DNA of 64,000 bases from Selaginella moellendorffii. Taxonomy: Eukaryota; Plantae; Lycopodiophyta. Below, in pieces: positions 13,901 to 24,990 of the stretch. Position 1 is the first letter of the stretch, and every line of letters begins with the position of its first letter. A program made the translations under genes and the position numbers. The notes below the pieces were generated by a model. That model searched no databases. It was given only the letters and a program-made list of their open reading frames with translations, and was not told the origin of the DNA. The DNA lies in contig NW_003314355.1 of NCBI RefSeq assembly GCF_000143415.4, forward strand, positions 329,410-393,409, in the 5' to 3' direction.

Positions 13901-16900
13901 ATCTTTCGTGCAAAGGTCTGCTAAATTGGATGCGCGGGGCAACCAAGAATCTGCTCGGTTGACTACATTCTTCACATCGGGAAGGCACGCTAAAGCTACA
14001 TTTATAGTTTCGGATTCACTGCAAAACGAAGTGTGTCAATATAGCAGAAAGCCATAACAAGAAGGGCTCACCTAACAAGCTCAAGGAACACATCGTAAGT
14101 TGCACCCAGCCCCAGCGCTTCCCGGGCTTTTCCCTCCCAAGATAATGCTGCTCCCGTAATGCTGCGAACTTCTAAAAACAAGTCTTCATTCCTGGCACAT
14201 GTATATGAAGCCAAAGCGTAAGAAATGTAAACAAAACGCATTAATGGTTTACCCATTCGCTTCTTCCGAAAGCTCGACCAGGACACTAGTCGGAGATCGG
14301 CAGCTTAAAGCCTACAAAGAGAAAACTGTCAGGGACGTCCAAGGAAAGAAAAAAAAAATTACGTTAGATGCTTTCTCCATCCAGGAAAATCTCTTTAGCT
14401 CCATTTTCACCGTGCTCAGTTCGTCCACTGGAAGAGTAAGTATAAGAGCTTTATAACAAAGACGAAGACAAAAACAAACCCTGAGCTCGCAAGGACTCGC
14501 TAGCTTCAACCAAATCCTTCAGAACTACGACTACAGAACCGTAGTCCCTTTGATCATGAAGTGTTTTTAGCGCGACTTGAGCGCGTTCAGACCAGGATCG
14601 AGCTTCCAAAAGATAATTACTGAGTATGTCAACTTGAGGTAGTCTAACTGGTAATCCACTTGCTTCGGACAGAATTTCTTCAAGCTCCTGTTTAGAAAGC
14701 TCAAATCAGAGAAAGCAAACATAAAGTAGCACCACAAACCTGAACAGGTGGATTGCATTCGAGCAACTCACTTGCATGTTGTTGCCAGCTTTCCGCCTTC
14801 TTAACCACCACGTCCAACAAACGCTTCTCGGGAACCATCACGGACAACTTTAAACCCTGCGTGCTGGTGATTACAATCGTGAACTCAAGAGAAAACATTG
14901 ATACCTCAGATTGCAACTCAAGCAATTGACTTAAATCGGCTAGTTCTCGCTTCTGGCTTTCTTTTCCCGTAGAAAGGAGTCTCTGAACTCTCTCAGACCA
15001 TAACTGAAGCACAAAACACAAAATGTCAAATCCAGCAGACAATCTACTGTCTGACCTGAGCAGTGGTAAGGATTTCCTGCATCTTCTGCGCCTCGGGAAA
15101 GTCGAAGGGCAGACGAAGAATTTCATGCTGAAGCTTCTGCAGCGATCGGACCTGTAACGGGAATGTTAAATGCTAGAAAAACACATAGACATTTGTCTAG
15201 TCACCCACGTCTGGCGAGGAAGACAACAAACGGATCCCAATTTGCTTTTGTAAGTTACATCCATCCCGCACAAAAGGCTGCACATACGTACATTTTTAGT
15301 TTGCCGAGTTGAAAGAAGGCGTACCTTGAGCTTTGAGGCATATGGTTCGACACAGGGTAAAGGATCTGCTGCCACCAAATCGCTCACCCGGGACAGCAGG
15401 ACTCGAGCACTTTTGCTATCGTGAAGCCTCTCTTGCACAGCATTATAACATGCGGCAACGTCTTTTGCCCAGTTATACCTGAAAGCCAAAGTACTTTCCA
15501 GTCGGCGAACCTCGTCCATCTCATGCCCTGCCCACAAGAACTGCTCCGCTTGCCGCAGTAAATCCTCGACATCAGCTAACAAAGGGACCTTCGAGTTGGC
15601 AGAAGCAGCTCGGGAGATCCAATTGCTCGCAAGTTGCATCAAGGAAATATCATTCCTCTTGAGCTATAAAAACAAGTCAATGCACAAGCTCGAATGCCAG
15701 CCTTCTTGTACCTCTTTGCACTGGAGAATGTCGGTTTTATTGTCTTCCTTCACGTGGCAAATTTCTGATCCTATGTCGTCCAGCTCGGCCAAAGAAAGCC
15801 TATAAAGGAGGCACTTTTTGTCAGCGCTGCATTCGCAGAGTTGCTCCGCGTGCTGAAGCAAAAAACCAGAAATATTAGCTTTTGAGTGCTAAAAGTTCGT
15901 ATTACTTACCTCCAGGCATACGGCATTTCCAGGACGACAAGAGCACACCACAGCCGAGAGATGTAAATAATAACGACATATGATGCATTCGGCATCCTGC
16001 ACATCAAAATATAAGAAAGAGTCAAATATATTTCAGTGAACCAGACCTCTTCTTTGCCAACATTAGTGTACGCACGCGGTTGCATACGCGAACTTTTCAC
16101 CATTCCACGTTGCCAAAGCTCTTCTCTTAGCTTGCGCTCTAAGGAAGTTATGCGTATCAATTCATTTTGCATCCAGGAGCAACCTTTTCCGGCCCCTTCG
16201 TTCTAGGACACAAACATTTAGGCTTCTATAGAACGCAAATAAAAACGCACTCACCTTGGCAACGACACAAAGGAGCTCCTCGTGTGAAAGAACAGCAGCT
16301 TTGTGAAAGAACCTATAGCGCTCGATGCTAAATCTTCCAAACGGAATCCAGTCCAGCGGAGCAAAATTGACAGCTTCTGCGCAATTGAATCCTGTAACGA
16401 AGGAGAAAGTCAGTACTACTTCTAGCAACAACAGTCTCACCATGATTAAATCCTCCGTGATAAGACCGTGGAAAGGTGATGACAAAATTTCCAGGCTCCT
16501 AAAACCAAGAAGGAATAAGAAAAAAGCCACTGGAAACACTAGCTTACCTGCAAAGTTGTGCACACAGGCACGCCTTTATCCCGTAAAACTGCTGGATTTA
16601 GCATCGTAACCAGTTGAAAGAGCAAGTCCGGCTGTGCATGAAATAAATCTGGGAACGTCGACCGCATAACCTGTGCAAGTGAAGAAAACGTTAATCTGCA
16701 CAATCACACCCAAAAGGAAGACTCTACCTCTTCAAACGCGTCGTAAGCACTGCCAGGTACACTATACCAGCATTTAGGCTCTCCCCTGCAGGGAAGTAAT
16801 CAGTACCCAGAGAACACAAAACCAGTTAGCATACCAGTGGAGGTAATTCACAGAGTAGAAACAATGATCTTCGTAATGCCAGCAGAACGAGGAGAAGAGC

Positions 16901-18189
16901 ATTCCCACGTACAGCCATGGTACAATAACTCCTGGTATGTTCTCATTTACCAGCCGGAGCATTGATCCATTAAGCTTAGGAAAGTTATTTAGATTCCACG
17001 GGCTGTTTGCGTGCGCTTCCCACGAATCCTGCTTAGCCCACTTCGGAACAGCATCATTCGGACGAGGAAACCCACTTCCATACACAGACGTATCGAGGTC
17101 GCTTCCATAGAGCACTTCAACAGGTCCTGTGGATCTTTCGACTATCTCCCAGAACTGCTCTTCCACATCAGAGTAAGTCACGGGACGCCCGCCAAACCAC
17201 TTCTTCTTGAACCGGTCACACATCCGTCGGAAAGAGTCCAGGGTGTGCCGATTGCCTTGAGAGAAGCCGAACGTTTCCTGTTCGGACGAAACGCAGTCGA
17301 GGCAGTACCACCTTCCAGAGGGCATTTCCGAGAGAGGAGGGGAGAGGCAATACATATGCCACGCTCGATCACAGAGGTCACAGTTGAGCATAAGCTGCTC
17401 ATGCGCTCTGCTACGGCATTGCTCGCAAGACTGGTCCCCAAGCCTTTGCTGCATCGAGGCTTCATCTTCCGATTTAGTTCGCTTTGGCGGCTCCACCGAA
17501 GCACTCACTTCATCTTCAGCCAGCGACCTCTTCCTACCAATCTTCACGTCCACTGCATCACCAGTCCCGACGTTACCACTTGCTTCGGGCACTGCTTGTG
17601 GTGGCTGTTTCGCCAAGCCTTCTGCACGATGGCGCTCATATTCCAGCAGATGTTTCTCGTAAAGGTGGCACAGGTTCGCAGGAGCAGCAGTAGAAAACGA
17701 GGCGGGACTTACGTCCGGCTTCACCATCCGCAGCACTTCCCCCCACTTCCGCTGCTCCATAACCTTCTCATAGCCTCCATACCGCTTGACGCAGTTGTAA
17801 GCCTTACAGAGGTCAAGCTCTTCCCCGCAAAACTGAGGCCAGCTCTCGAGAACTCGCCCCTGTGACTCGAGAAACCTGTCGAACTCGAAGCGAAAGGTGT
17901 CTGGATTTAAGGCCGCCGACCTCTCTTGGAGCTGATGTATAGCCTGAAGCTTGGTCGGAAAGGAGAAGGACTGGAGATCTAGCGCAAACGGAGGATCCCA
18001 AAACTTTGGAGGAACTATCCTGCACAGGCCGTATGGCTCCGCCAAGTGACGAATCTGTGCGATGTACTCGAGAGGATCGCTAAACTCCTCCTCCGTCGGG
18101 TAAAACACCGGAGCCTCGGGGAGCCCAAGCCCAGAGCAGCCTTCTTTCTTGTTGTAACTCCTAGGAAACTCTTTTCTCCCTCTAGCCAT
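10967..18189 (-). CDS. KDM5/JARID1 H3K4 demethylase (JmjN-ARID-PHD-JmjC-C5HC2-PLU1-PHD-PHD; JMJ17-like)
   Basis: JmjN EAPVFYPTEEEFSDPL; ARID; PHD CEQC..CDLC..H..C; JmjC PWLYVGMLFSSFCWHYEDH and GFNCAEAVNFAP; terminal PHD YCICRRPYD..MIGCDRCGEWYH; poly-Glu near the end. Confidence 0.95.
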
Positions 18190-18628
18190 AAAAGAAACCT
18201 CTACACACCGCTAAACGAGCCCAAATCCCTGCGTCAATCCCCTTCCTACCCTGAGATTTGCGAGGCTGGACCTCCCAGATCCATAGCTCTCGCTAGCTGC
18301 CGATTAAACCTCACAATCCTGCACCCATTCTCATCCAGCGGCGGAGAGATTTCTAAGCGAACTCCCGGCCGATCATCCCAGGGATCTAGAATCCACCTCT
18401 ACTTCCTGCTGCCACCGACTTACCGGCGAATCGAATCGAGGCCTAGCACGATCACCGCGAGCTGATGCGCCGCATCCGGCCCCTGTCGAGCAGAACGGGA
18501 AACCCTAAGGTCGAAAGTCTCCACACAAAAAAAATAAAAATAAAAATCTAAGAAGAGGGGACGTCTATGATTCCAGAGAAGATACCGTCCACCGCTATGA
18601 AAGTCAATCACCCATTGACTGTGGTCAA

Positions 18629-21595
18629 TCACACACTTGTTTGACTGTCCTCTCTTTTCTGTGAGGAGGAAAGAAAGCTTTGCAGCCACTGACGATGGCG
18701 AGCATCATCGCTACCACTTTGGATCAAGTTTACGAGCATGCTGGCGATGCCTGGAGTCGGAACAAAGCCGCGATGGAGCATTTCGTCCACGATTCGACAC
18801 GCTAGCTCGATGTTTCGCTGCTTGCAGCACTGGCGGACGAGAAGAGCGTGAGTCACAGCGTCGGGCCAGCATTCTCTCCTCTCTCGCATCTCTCCCCAAA
18901 ACTTCGCCACCGCCTCCTCCAATCTACCATCGCAGCACAAGCATCCCAGCAGCGCGTTGAACGACAGAGTGTCTGGAGCACACCCGCTGTGGAGAAGCTC
19001 GCCGAAAACTCGGTAGCCATCGCCCGATCGCGCTCGCCCAGCTCCAAAGTAGCCGTCGAGGAGCGTGTTGTAAGTCACCAGGTCGCATTCAATCCCTGCC
19101 ACCTTCATGCTCCGGTGAACCTTTCCCGCGGCTTCCATCTCCCCGGACTTTGCCAAGGCATTGAGCACCATGTTGAAAGGGAGCGTCGTCCACGAGCACC
19201 CCTTGTTCTTGGTCATCTGCTCGACGAGCTCGAGAGCTTCGTGTGTCCGCCGCTGCTTGCACGACTCGGAGACGAGGATGGTAAACGTCACCGAGTCGGG
19301 ATGGCAACCAAACCGGCTCATTTCTTGGAAGAGCTGCTTGCTTGCCTCAAACCGTCCGAGCTTGGCAAACTTGTCGATCACCACATTGTACATGAAGACG
19401 GTTGCCTGGCGTGCCGAGGCCGAGTCCCGGACAAGTGTCACGGCCCTGTCCACCTCTCCAGCTTTGCACAGTCCAGTGACCACCGTGTTGAGCGTCACAC
19501 TGCAGCGGCACCGCCCCAGCCTCGCCATCTCCTTGAACAGCGACAAGGCTCCCTTGCTGTCCCCGGCCTTGAAGTGGCCATCGATGATCGTGTTGAAAGT
19601 GAACTCGTCCGGAGCGACCCCACACTCGTCTTCCATCCGCCTCACCAACGCGTCCGCCTCGCCAACTTTGTTTGCCTTGCACAACCCGTGGATCATGATG
19701 TTGAAAGTTCGCAAGTTTGGCTTGCTCCACCTCTGGCCGCCGCTCAGCATCCTCTCGAACAGCCTTGACGCATCATCGACCCTTCCTTCCTTCAGGTGGC
19801 CGCTTATCAGTGCCGTGAGAAGCACAACGTCTGGGACACATCCGACCGTGTCCATGACCTCGAGCACACTCTCGGCTTCGAGGGCCCGCTTGGCTTTGCA
19901 CAAACCGTGCACGAGAAGCCCGAAAGTCAACTCGTTTGGTGAGCACTGGAGCCACACCATCTCGTCCACAATGTCCAGAGCTTCCTTGAACTTCCCAGCT
20001 TTGGACAGGGACTGGATCACGGTGTTGAAAGTGAAGATGTCCGGGACGCGCTTCTTGACTTTCATCTCTCGAAACAGCTCCACTGCCGCTTCGTTTCTGC
20101 CCCGCTTCACGCAAGCAGCGATGACAATGTTGTAGGACATGGAGCTGGGCAGCTTCATCTTTCGAAACACCGCCATGGCGTGGTCGTATTTTCCGACCTT
20201 GCACAGGCCACCAATGAGTGCCTCATAGAGTAGCTCGTGCCGCACCGGCGCTTCTCGGTCTCGCAGTGCCGCCGAGAGCTTCTGGCAAGCCTCTTGAATC
20301 CTCCCGGCCTTGCAAAGCCCGTGGAGAAGAATGTTGTACGTAAAAGCGTCGGCCTTAACGAAGCTCCGGCTCATCTTCTCGTACAGCTTCATGGCGTGCT
20401 CCACCTTGTTCACCTTGAACAGGCCATCGAGGAGGCTATTGCACGTCACAGTGTCGGGGTAAGGCCCTTTGTCCATCATACCATGGACGAGCTCCGCCGC
20501 ATCGTCCACGAGACCACCCTTGCACAGCGAGTCCACCATGATGTTGCAAGTCCTGACATCCAGGCTTGCAATGCTTTGCATGGTCTTGAAGAGCTCCAGA
20601 GCTCGCTCCATGCTTCCCGCTCTGCAATGAGCCAGCACGAGGATCCGGTAGCTAATGTCGTCGGGATTGCATCCTTTGGCCCTCACGGTCTGGAAGAACT
20701 CGTAAGCGTCGTCGCACTTGCCGGCCAGCCGGAAGCCATTCAGGATAGAGTTGCAAGTCACCAGGTCCGAGTAGAAGCTACCGTCGGTGATGATATGCGC
20801 CACCCTGCAAACCTGGTCGGCGGTGGCGGCCCGGCACACGAACTCGAGCAGCGGGCGATTGAGGCCGAAGGAAGGAACTCTTCCAATCTCTATAGCGCTC
20901 TGGAAGAGCTCGAAGGCCTTGGTGGGATGTGCAGCGGCCATGAGGAGCCGGAAGGTGCCATCTTCCGGATAGCAGCCGTGGAGCATCATGAAGTGTAGAA
21001 CTTGGCTTGCGAGCTCATACTCGCCGGCCTCGAGCAGCAATCCGAGGAAAGCGTTGCAAAGAGTGATGTTGGGCTTGAAAACTCTGGCCAGCCTCGTGAA
21101 AGCTTCCATCGCCCGCGCAGCGTTTCCAGCCCCCATGTAAGCACGAAGCAAAGAATCCACGAGGCTGGAGCCCGTGTTCCGGCACTTGAGGATCACTTGA
21201 TCCAGCAGCCAATCCAGCAGCTGCCCGCGATCTCGATCAAGAGCCAAAACCTCCAGCATTGCCTCATAGGCGCCTGGCTCGTGCTGGAACCTCTCTTGCC
21301 GCTGTGCCCACTGGAAGAAGCAAGACAAGAGTCCCACATCGGTCGATCGCTGGAGCACCGAAGCCACTAGCTGAGGCCGCAAGTCGAGATTGAGGGACTT
21401 GAGCTCCGATCGCCATGCCGGGGATAATCCACCGCCACGGAAGAGAATGGAGCATACCTTGTCAATCTCATCCGTATCCTCCCTGTGATCCTGCGCGGCA
21501 GCGGCAGAGGAGCAGCACAAGGATCGCAGGCCGCATTGCCGCGGCTGGATCAGAATCGGCGTCGTCGTCCTCCACCGCCATAACAGACGACGCAT
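18629..21595 (-). CDS. P-class pentatricopeptide repeat protein, intronless, probable organelle targeting peptide
   Basis: 988-aa ORF of tandem 35-aa repeats (e.g. PDTVTCNSLLDGLFKVNKVEHAMKLYEKM); Arg-rich N-terminus. Confidence 0.95.
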   Translation of the reverse strand: MRRLLWRWRTTTPILIQPRQCGLRSLCCSSAAAAQDHREDTDEIDKVCSILFRGGGLSPAWRSELKSLNLDLRPQLVASVLQRSTDVGLLSCFFQWAQRQERFQHEPGAYEAMLEVLALDRDRGQLLDWLLDQVILKCRNTGSSLVDSLLRAYMGAGNAARAMEAFTRLARVFKPNITLCNAFLGLLLEAGEYELASQVLHFMMLHGCYPEDGTFRLLMAAAHPTKAFELFQSAIEIGRVPSFGLNRPLLEFVCRAATADQVCRVAHIITDGSFYSDLVTCNSILNGFRLAGKCDDAYEFFQTVRAKGCNPDDISYRILVLAHCRAGSMERALELFKTMQSIASLDVRTCNIMVDSLCKGGLVDDAAELVHGMMDKGPYPDTVTCNSLLDGLFKVNKVEHAMKLYEKMSRSFVKADAFTYNILLHGLCKAGRIQEACQKLSAALRDREAPVRHELLYEALIGGLCKVGKYDHAMAVFRKMKLPSSMSYNIVIAACVKRGRNEAAVELFREMKVKKRVPDIFTFNTVIQSLSKAGKFKEALDIVDEMVWLQCSPNELTFGLLVHGLCKAKRALEAESVLEVMDTVGCVPDVVLLTALISGHLKEGRVDDASRLFERMLSGGQRWSKPNLRTFNIMIHGLCKANKVGEADALVRRMEDECGVAPDEFTFNTIIDGHFKAGDSKGALSLFKEMARLGRCRCSVTLNTVVTGLCKAGEVDRAVTLVRDSASARQATVFMYNVVIDKFAKLGRFEASKQLFQEMSRFGCHPDSVTFTILVSESCKQRRTHEALELVEQMTKNKGCSWTTLPFNMVLNALAKSGEMEAAGKVHRSMKVAGIECDLVTYNTLLDGYFGAGRARSGDGYRVFGELLHSGCAPDTLSFNALLGCLCCDGRLEEAVAKFWGEMRERRECWPDAVTHALLVRQCCKQRNIELACRIVDEMLHRGFVPTPGIASMLVNLIQSGSDDARHRQWLQSFLSSSQKREDSQTSV

Positions 21596-22110
21596 CCATA
21601 CACGAAGAACCCTAGGCTACTGGTGCCCTAGATTGTTAGCGAGAGGAGATTCATGGGAATTTTTGGGCGCGCCTTCCAGTACGTCTTGAATGAGCTCCTG
21701 GTAGAGCGGCTGTCCAATAGGTAAGGATCGATTGGAAGCTCGAGCTCGCTAAATCTCTCTTGCCCCATTCATCAGCGTCGCGTTCCAGAAATTTGCTGTG
21801 CGATCGTCCAAAGCCATGGAAGAATTGGCACAGAAAGGTCAAGCTCTAGCTAGCCTTGGCAGTATCCTCGCTCACAACCGATTTTTTCGCAGGCGCCCAA
21901 GGCAAAGACGCCATAGCTGAGAACTTGCGGAGCATCAAAAACGAGGTTTGCGAGCACAATGTGTCAAGGCATCGTTTTGATTCGCATTCTTGTTCTTCCA
22001 GGTGGAGAGAAGCCTCAAGGACAACGCAAGATAAGCTCTTAGTTTCAAAGATAAGCTAGGAGAGGAGAGTGTAAAAACCCTTCCACATCGAATAGAAAGA
22101 AAGCTCTTTC

Positions 22111-23910
22111 ATGGCCACCGTGCTGGTGGATGCTCTCAAGAAGTGTGCCGATGTGGGCGAGTGCCGGAGAATCCACGCCTTGGCGGTGGAATCAGGGCAG
22201 GAATCCAATACGTTCGTGGCGAGCACGCTAGCGGTGGCGTATGCGCGGTGCGCGAGGATGGATGATGCGCGCAGGGTGTTTGAGGGAATGCCGCCCTCTC
22301 GCTCTAATCTGGTGCCTTGGACGGCGCTGGTACTGGGCCACGCGCAGGCGGGCGAGGGCGATTTGGCGCTGGAGCTCTTCCAGGCCATGCTCGCCGAGGG
22401 CTGCCGCCCGGATTCGCGAGCGATGGTGGCGGCGCTCAAGGCTTGCGCGAGCTGCGCGAGTAGAGAGCTCGGTATCAAGACGAAGCTGGAGGTGCTGGAG
22501 AAGGGCATGGCGATCCACGCGCACTGGGAGGAGTTCCATCCTTGGAATGTGTTCGTGGCGACGTGCTTGGTGGATTTGTATGCCAAGTGTGGGAGCATGG
22601 CCGATGCGAGCAGAGTTTTCGAGGCGATGCCATCGCCCTCGCGCACGGTCGTGTCGTGGACGGCACTGATCGCGGGCTACGCGGACAATGGCCAGCCCAT
22701 GGCGGCGCTAGAGCTCTTCCAGCGGATGCTACGCACCACTTGCGCTCCAAACGAGCTCACATTCGCGGCCGCGCTCAAGGCTTGCTCGTGTTGGCATAGC
22801 GATTGGAATTGGAAGCTGGAAACCGGCATGGCGATCCACAGCCTCGCTCGAGCTCGCGGCTGCGACACTCACGCCAGCGTCGCCGCCACCCTTGTCAAGC
22901 TCTACGCGACGTGTGGTAGAGTCTGTGAAGCCTACCACGCGCACAGCCATGGTGGCGCCGCCACCCCCGCATCGTGGACTGCGCTGGTACGTGGTTGCGT
23001 GGACAGCGGCCACTGGGAACTTGCTCTAGACTTCTTCGTTGATTCGATGCATCGTGCTCAAACACTCACTGGGGCGATCGTCGTCGCGGCGTTGCTAGCA
23101 TGCTCTGCCATCGCGGCCCAAGAACAAGGCGCCGCCACCATTGGAGATGGAAGTAGCGTGAAAATGGTGTCGCTGGAGAGAGGAATGGCGATCCATGCTG
23201 CTGCTGCCGCGGCTCCTAGATTCGAGTGGGACATATACGTGGACAACAGCTTGATCGAGATGTATCTCAAATGCGGGAGCTTGGCCGACTCTCTTGCGGT
23301 CTATACCCGGATGAAAGCTCGCGACTCCGTGACGCTCACTTGCCTTGTTCTTGGCTGTGTGGAGAATGCCCAAGGAGAGCTCGCCATGGAGATCTTGAGG
23401 AGCCAACTTCGGGATCTAGGAAGGCCAGACGCCCAAACTTTGGTGGCGGCACTCAAGGCTTGCGGGAGTGTGGGAGCTTTGAAAGACGGAAAGGCCATCC
23501 ACGGCGAGCTGTGCCGGTTTGGATGGGAGACGAGCACGCCGGCGCTGGTGACTTGCTTGGTGAGTTTCTACGCGGGGTGTGGAGGATCCGGCATGGCCGA
23601 CGCACAGCTCGTGTTTGATTCCGGAACTCGGCCGGGGCTCATCACTTGGAACGCTCTCGTCGCCGGCTATGGCTGCCAAGGTGAGGCGGTGCGAGGCTTG
23701 GAGATGTTCTGGTTGATGGTGGAGCAAGGAGTTGTGCCGGATGGTGCCACCTTTGTTTCACTGCTGGCGGCGTGTAACCATGCCGGGCTTGTGGACGAGT
23801 GTGATCGGCTATGGAGTGTGATGGTATTCCGGTTTGGAATCCGGCCAAGCATGAACCACTACCAGTGCGTGACAAACGCTCTCAATCGGGCAAGCAAAGC
23901 CATGCAATGA
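22111..23910 (+). CDS. PLS-class PPR protein lacking E/DYW tail
   Basis: P/L/S triplets (LVDLYAKCGSMADASRVFEAMP, VVSWTALIAGYA). Ends at HYQCVTNALNRA, where the E domain would normally follow. Confidence 0.9.
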   Translation: MATVLVDALKKCADVGECRRIHALAVESGQESNTFVASTLAVAYARCARMDDARRVFEGMPPSRSNLVPWTALVLGHAQAGEGDLALELFQAMLAEGCRPDSRAMVAALKACASCASRELGIKTKLEVLEKGMAIHAHWEEFHPWNVFVATCLVDLYAKCGSMADASRVFEAMPSPSRTVVSWTALIAGYADNGQPMAALELFQRMLRTTCAPNELTFAAALKACSCWHSDWNWKLETGMAIHSLARARGCDTHASVAATLVKLYATCGRVCEAYHAHSHGGAATPASWTALVRGCVDSGHWELALDFFVDSMHRAQTLTGAIVVAALLACSAIAAQEQGAATIGDGSSVKMVSLERGMAIHAAAAAAPRFEWDIYVDNSLIEMYLKCGSLADSLAVYTRMKARDSVTLTCLVLGCVENAQGELAMEILRSQLRDLGRPDAQTLVAALKACGSVGALKDGKAIHGELCRFGWETSTPALVTCLVSFYAGCGGSGMADAQLVFDSGTRPGLITWNALVAGYGCQGEAVRGLEMFWLMVEQGVVPDGATFVSLLAACNHAGLVDECDRLWSVMVFRFGIRPSMNHYQCVTNALNRASKAMQ

Positions 23911-23982
23911 GACGTAGGTGGCGCAAAAAGGTATGCTTGTGTTTATAAACAGGATTTTATTTCTCTACATTAGGGTTCGGGG

Positions 23983-24990
23983 ATGCAACGACGAGACGAT
24001 GATCCGCTTGGCATGTTCAAGAATTGGAAGCCAGATCGAGTCCACAAAGCGGTGATGGAGAATTCCAGGATCAGGGTGGGTGCTGCAGCGACTCAAGGTG
24101 CAAAACGTCGAATGGAAGATGTTTACACTGTGATCCCCGACCTAGACGCCAAGAGCTCCTTCGTTGCGGTCTATGATGGCCACGGCGGCTGCGCGGCGGC
24201 GCGCTTCTGCGCCCAGAATCTCCACAGGCACCTCGTCGCCAATCCACACTACCAAAAGGGCGACTTTGCTTCTGGATTCCGCCAGGTTTTCCTCGAGATG
24301 GACGAGAAGATGCAAACCAAGGCAGGAATCCAGGAGCTGGAGAGACTCGAGCGCGAGAACACATCACCTTTGTATTCCTGGAACAGTATCACGGGAACGT
24401 CGCCTGGGTCTCACGGGACGACCGCAGTGGCCGTCTTGATCCGCGATGATAGGCTCGTTATCGCTCACGCCGGCGATAGCTATTGCATGATCTGGCGAGA
24501 CAACAAGGCGGTGCCAGTGACTATCGATCACAATGTCCAGTCGCGGCTGGACGATGCCGAGCGCGCGAGCAAGGCTGGTGCGGTCGTCATGAAGAACAAG
24601 TGGATCCAGCTGAATGGTGTGAGCGTCGGGGGCGAGGTCGGCGCCATTGGACTCCAGGTGACGCGATCTCTGGGGGATTTTCGATGGAAGAGCAACGCTG
24701 GTTTGGGACGCGACGAGCAGGCGGTAGTGGCTCTGCCCGACGTTGTGGAAATTGATCTCCGGGATGGGGGCTGCGAGTTTTTGGTGCTAGCGTCGGATGG
24801 TGTGCCCCGGGATTGCGTCGAGAGCATTTGTCCCAGTGTCCACGATTGGCTGGTTGAGCAAGAAGAATCTAGGCACGGTGGTGATGGGCAGGCTATGCAG
24901 CTCGCTTTCTTTTGTGATAGCATGCAAGCCATGAGCGTCGAAGACAATAAGACGGTGGTCGTGGTGCAGCTCAAGCGTCCTCACGGCTAG
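23983..24990 (+). CDS. Protein phosphatase 2C (PPM family); possible extra first exon at 23907-23930
   Basis: Motifs RRMED, YDGHGG, AHAGDS, TRSLGD, LASDG and EDNKTVVVV. Confidence 0.9.
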   Translation: MQRRDDDPLGMFKNWKPDRVHKAVMENSRIRVGAAATQGAKRRMEDVYTVIPDLDAKSSFVAVYDGHGGCAAARFCAQNLHRHLVANPHYQKGDFASGFRQVFLEMDEKMQTKAGIQELERLERENTSPLYSWNSITGTSPGSHGTTAVAVLIRDDRLVIAHAGDSYCMIWRDNKAVPVTIDHNVQSRLDDAERASKAGAVVMKNKWIQLNGVSVGGEVGAIGLQVTRSLGDFRWKSNAGLGRDEQAVVALPDVVEIDLRDGGCEFLVLASDGVPRDCVESICPSVHDWLVEQEESRHGGDGQAMQLAFFCDSMQAMSVEDNKTVVVVQLKRPHG

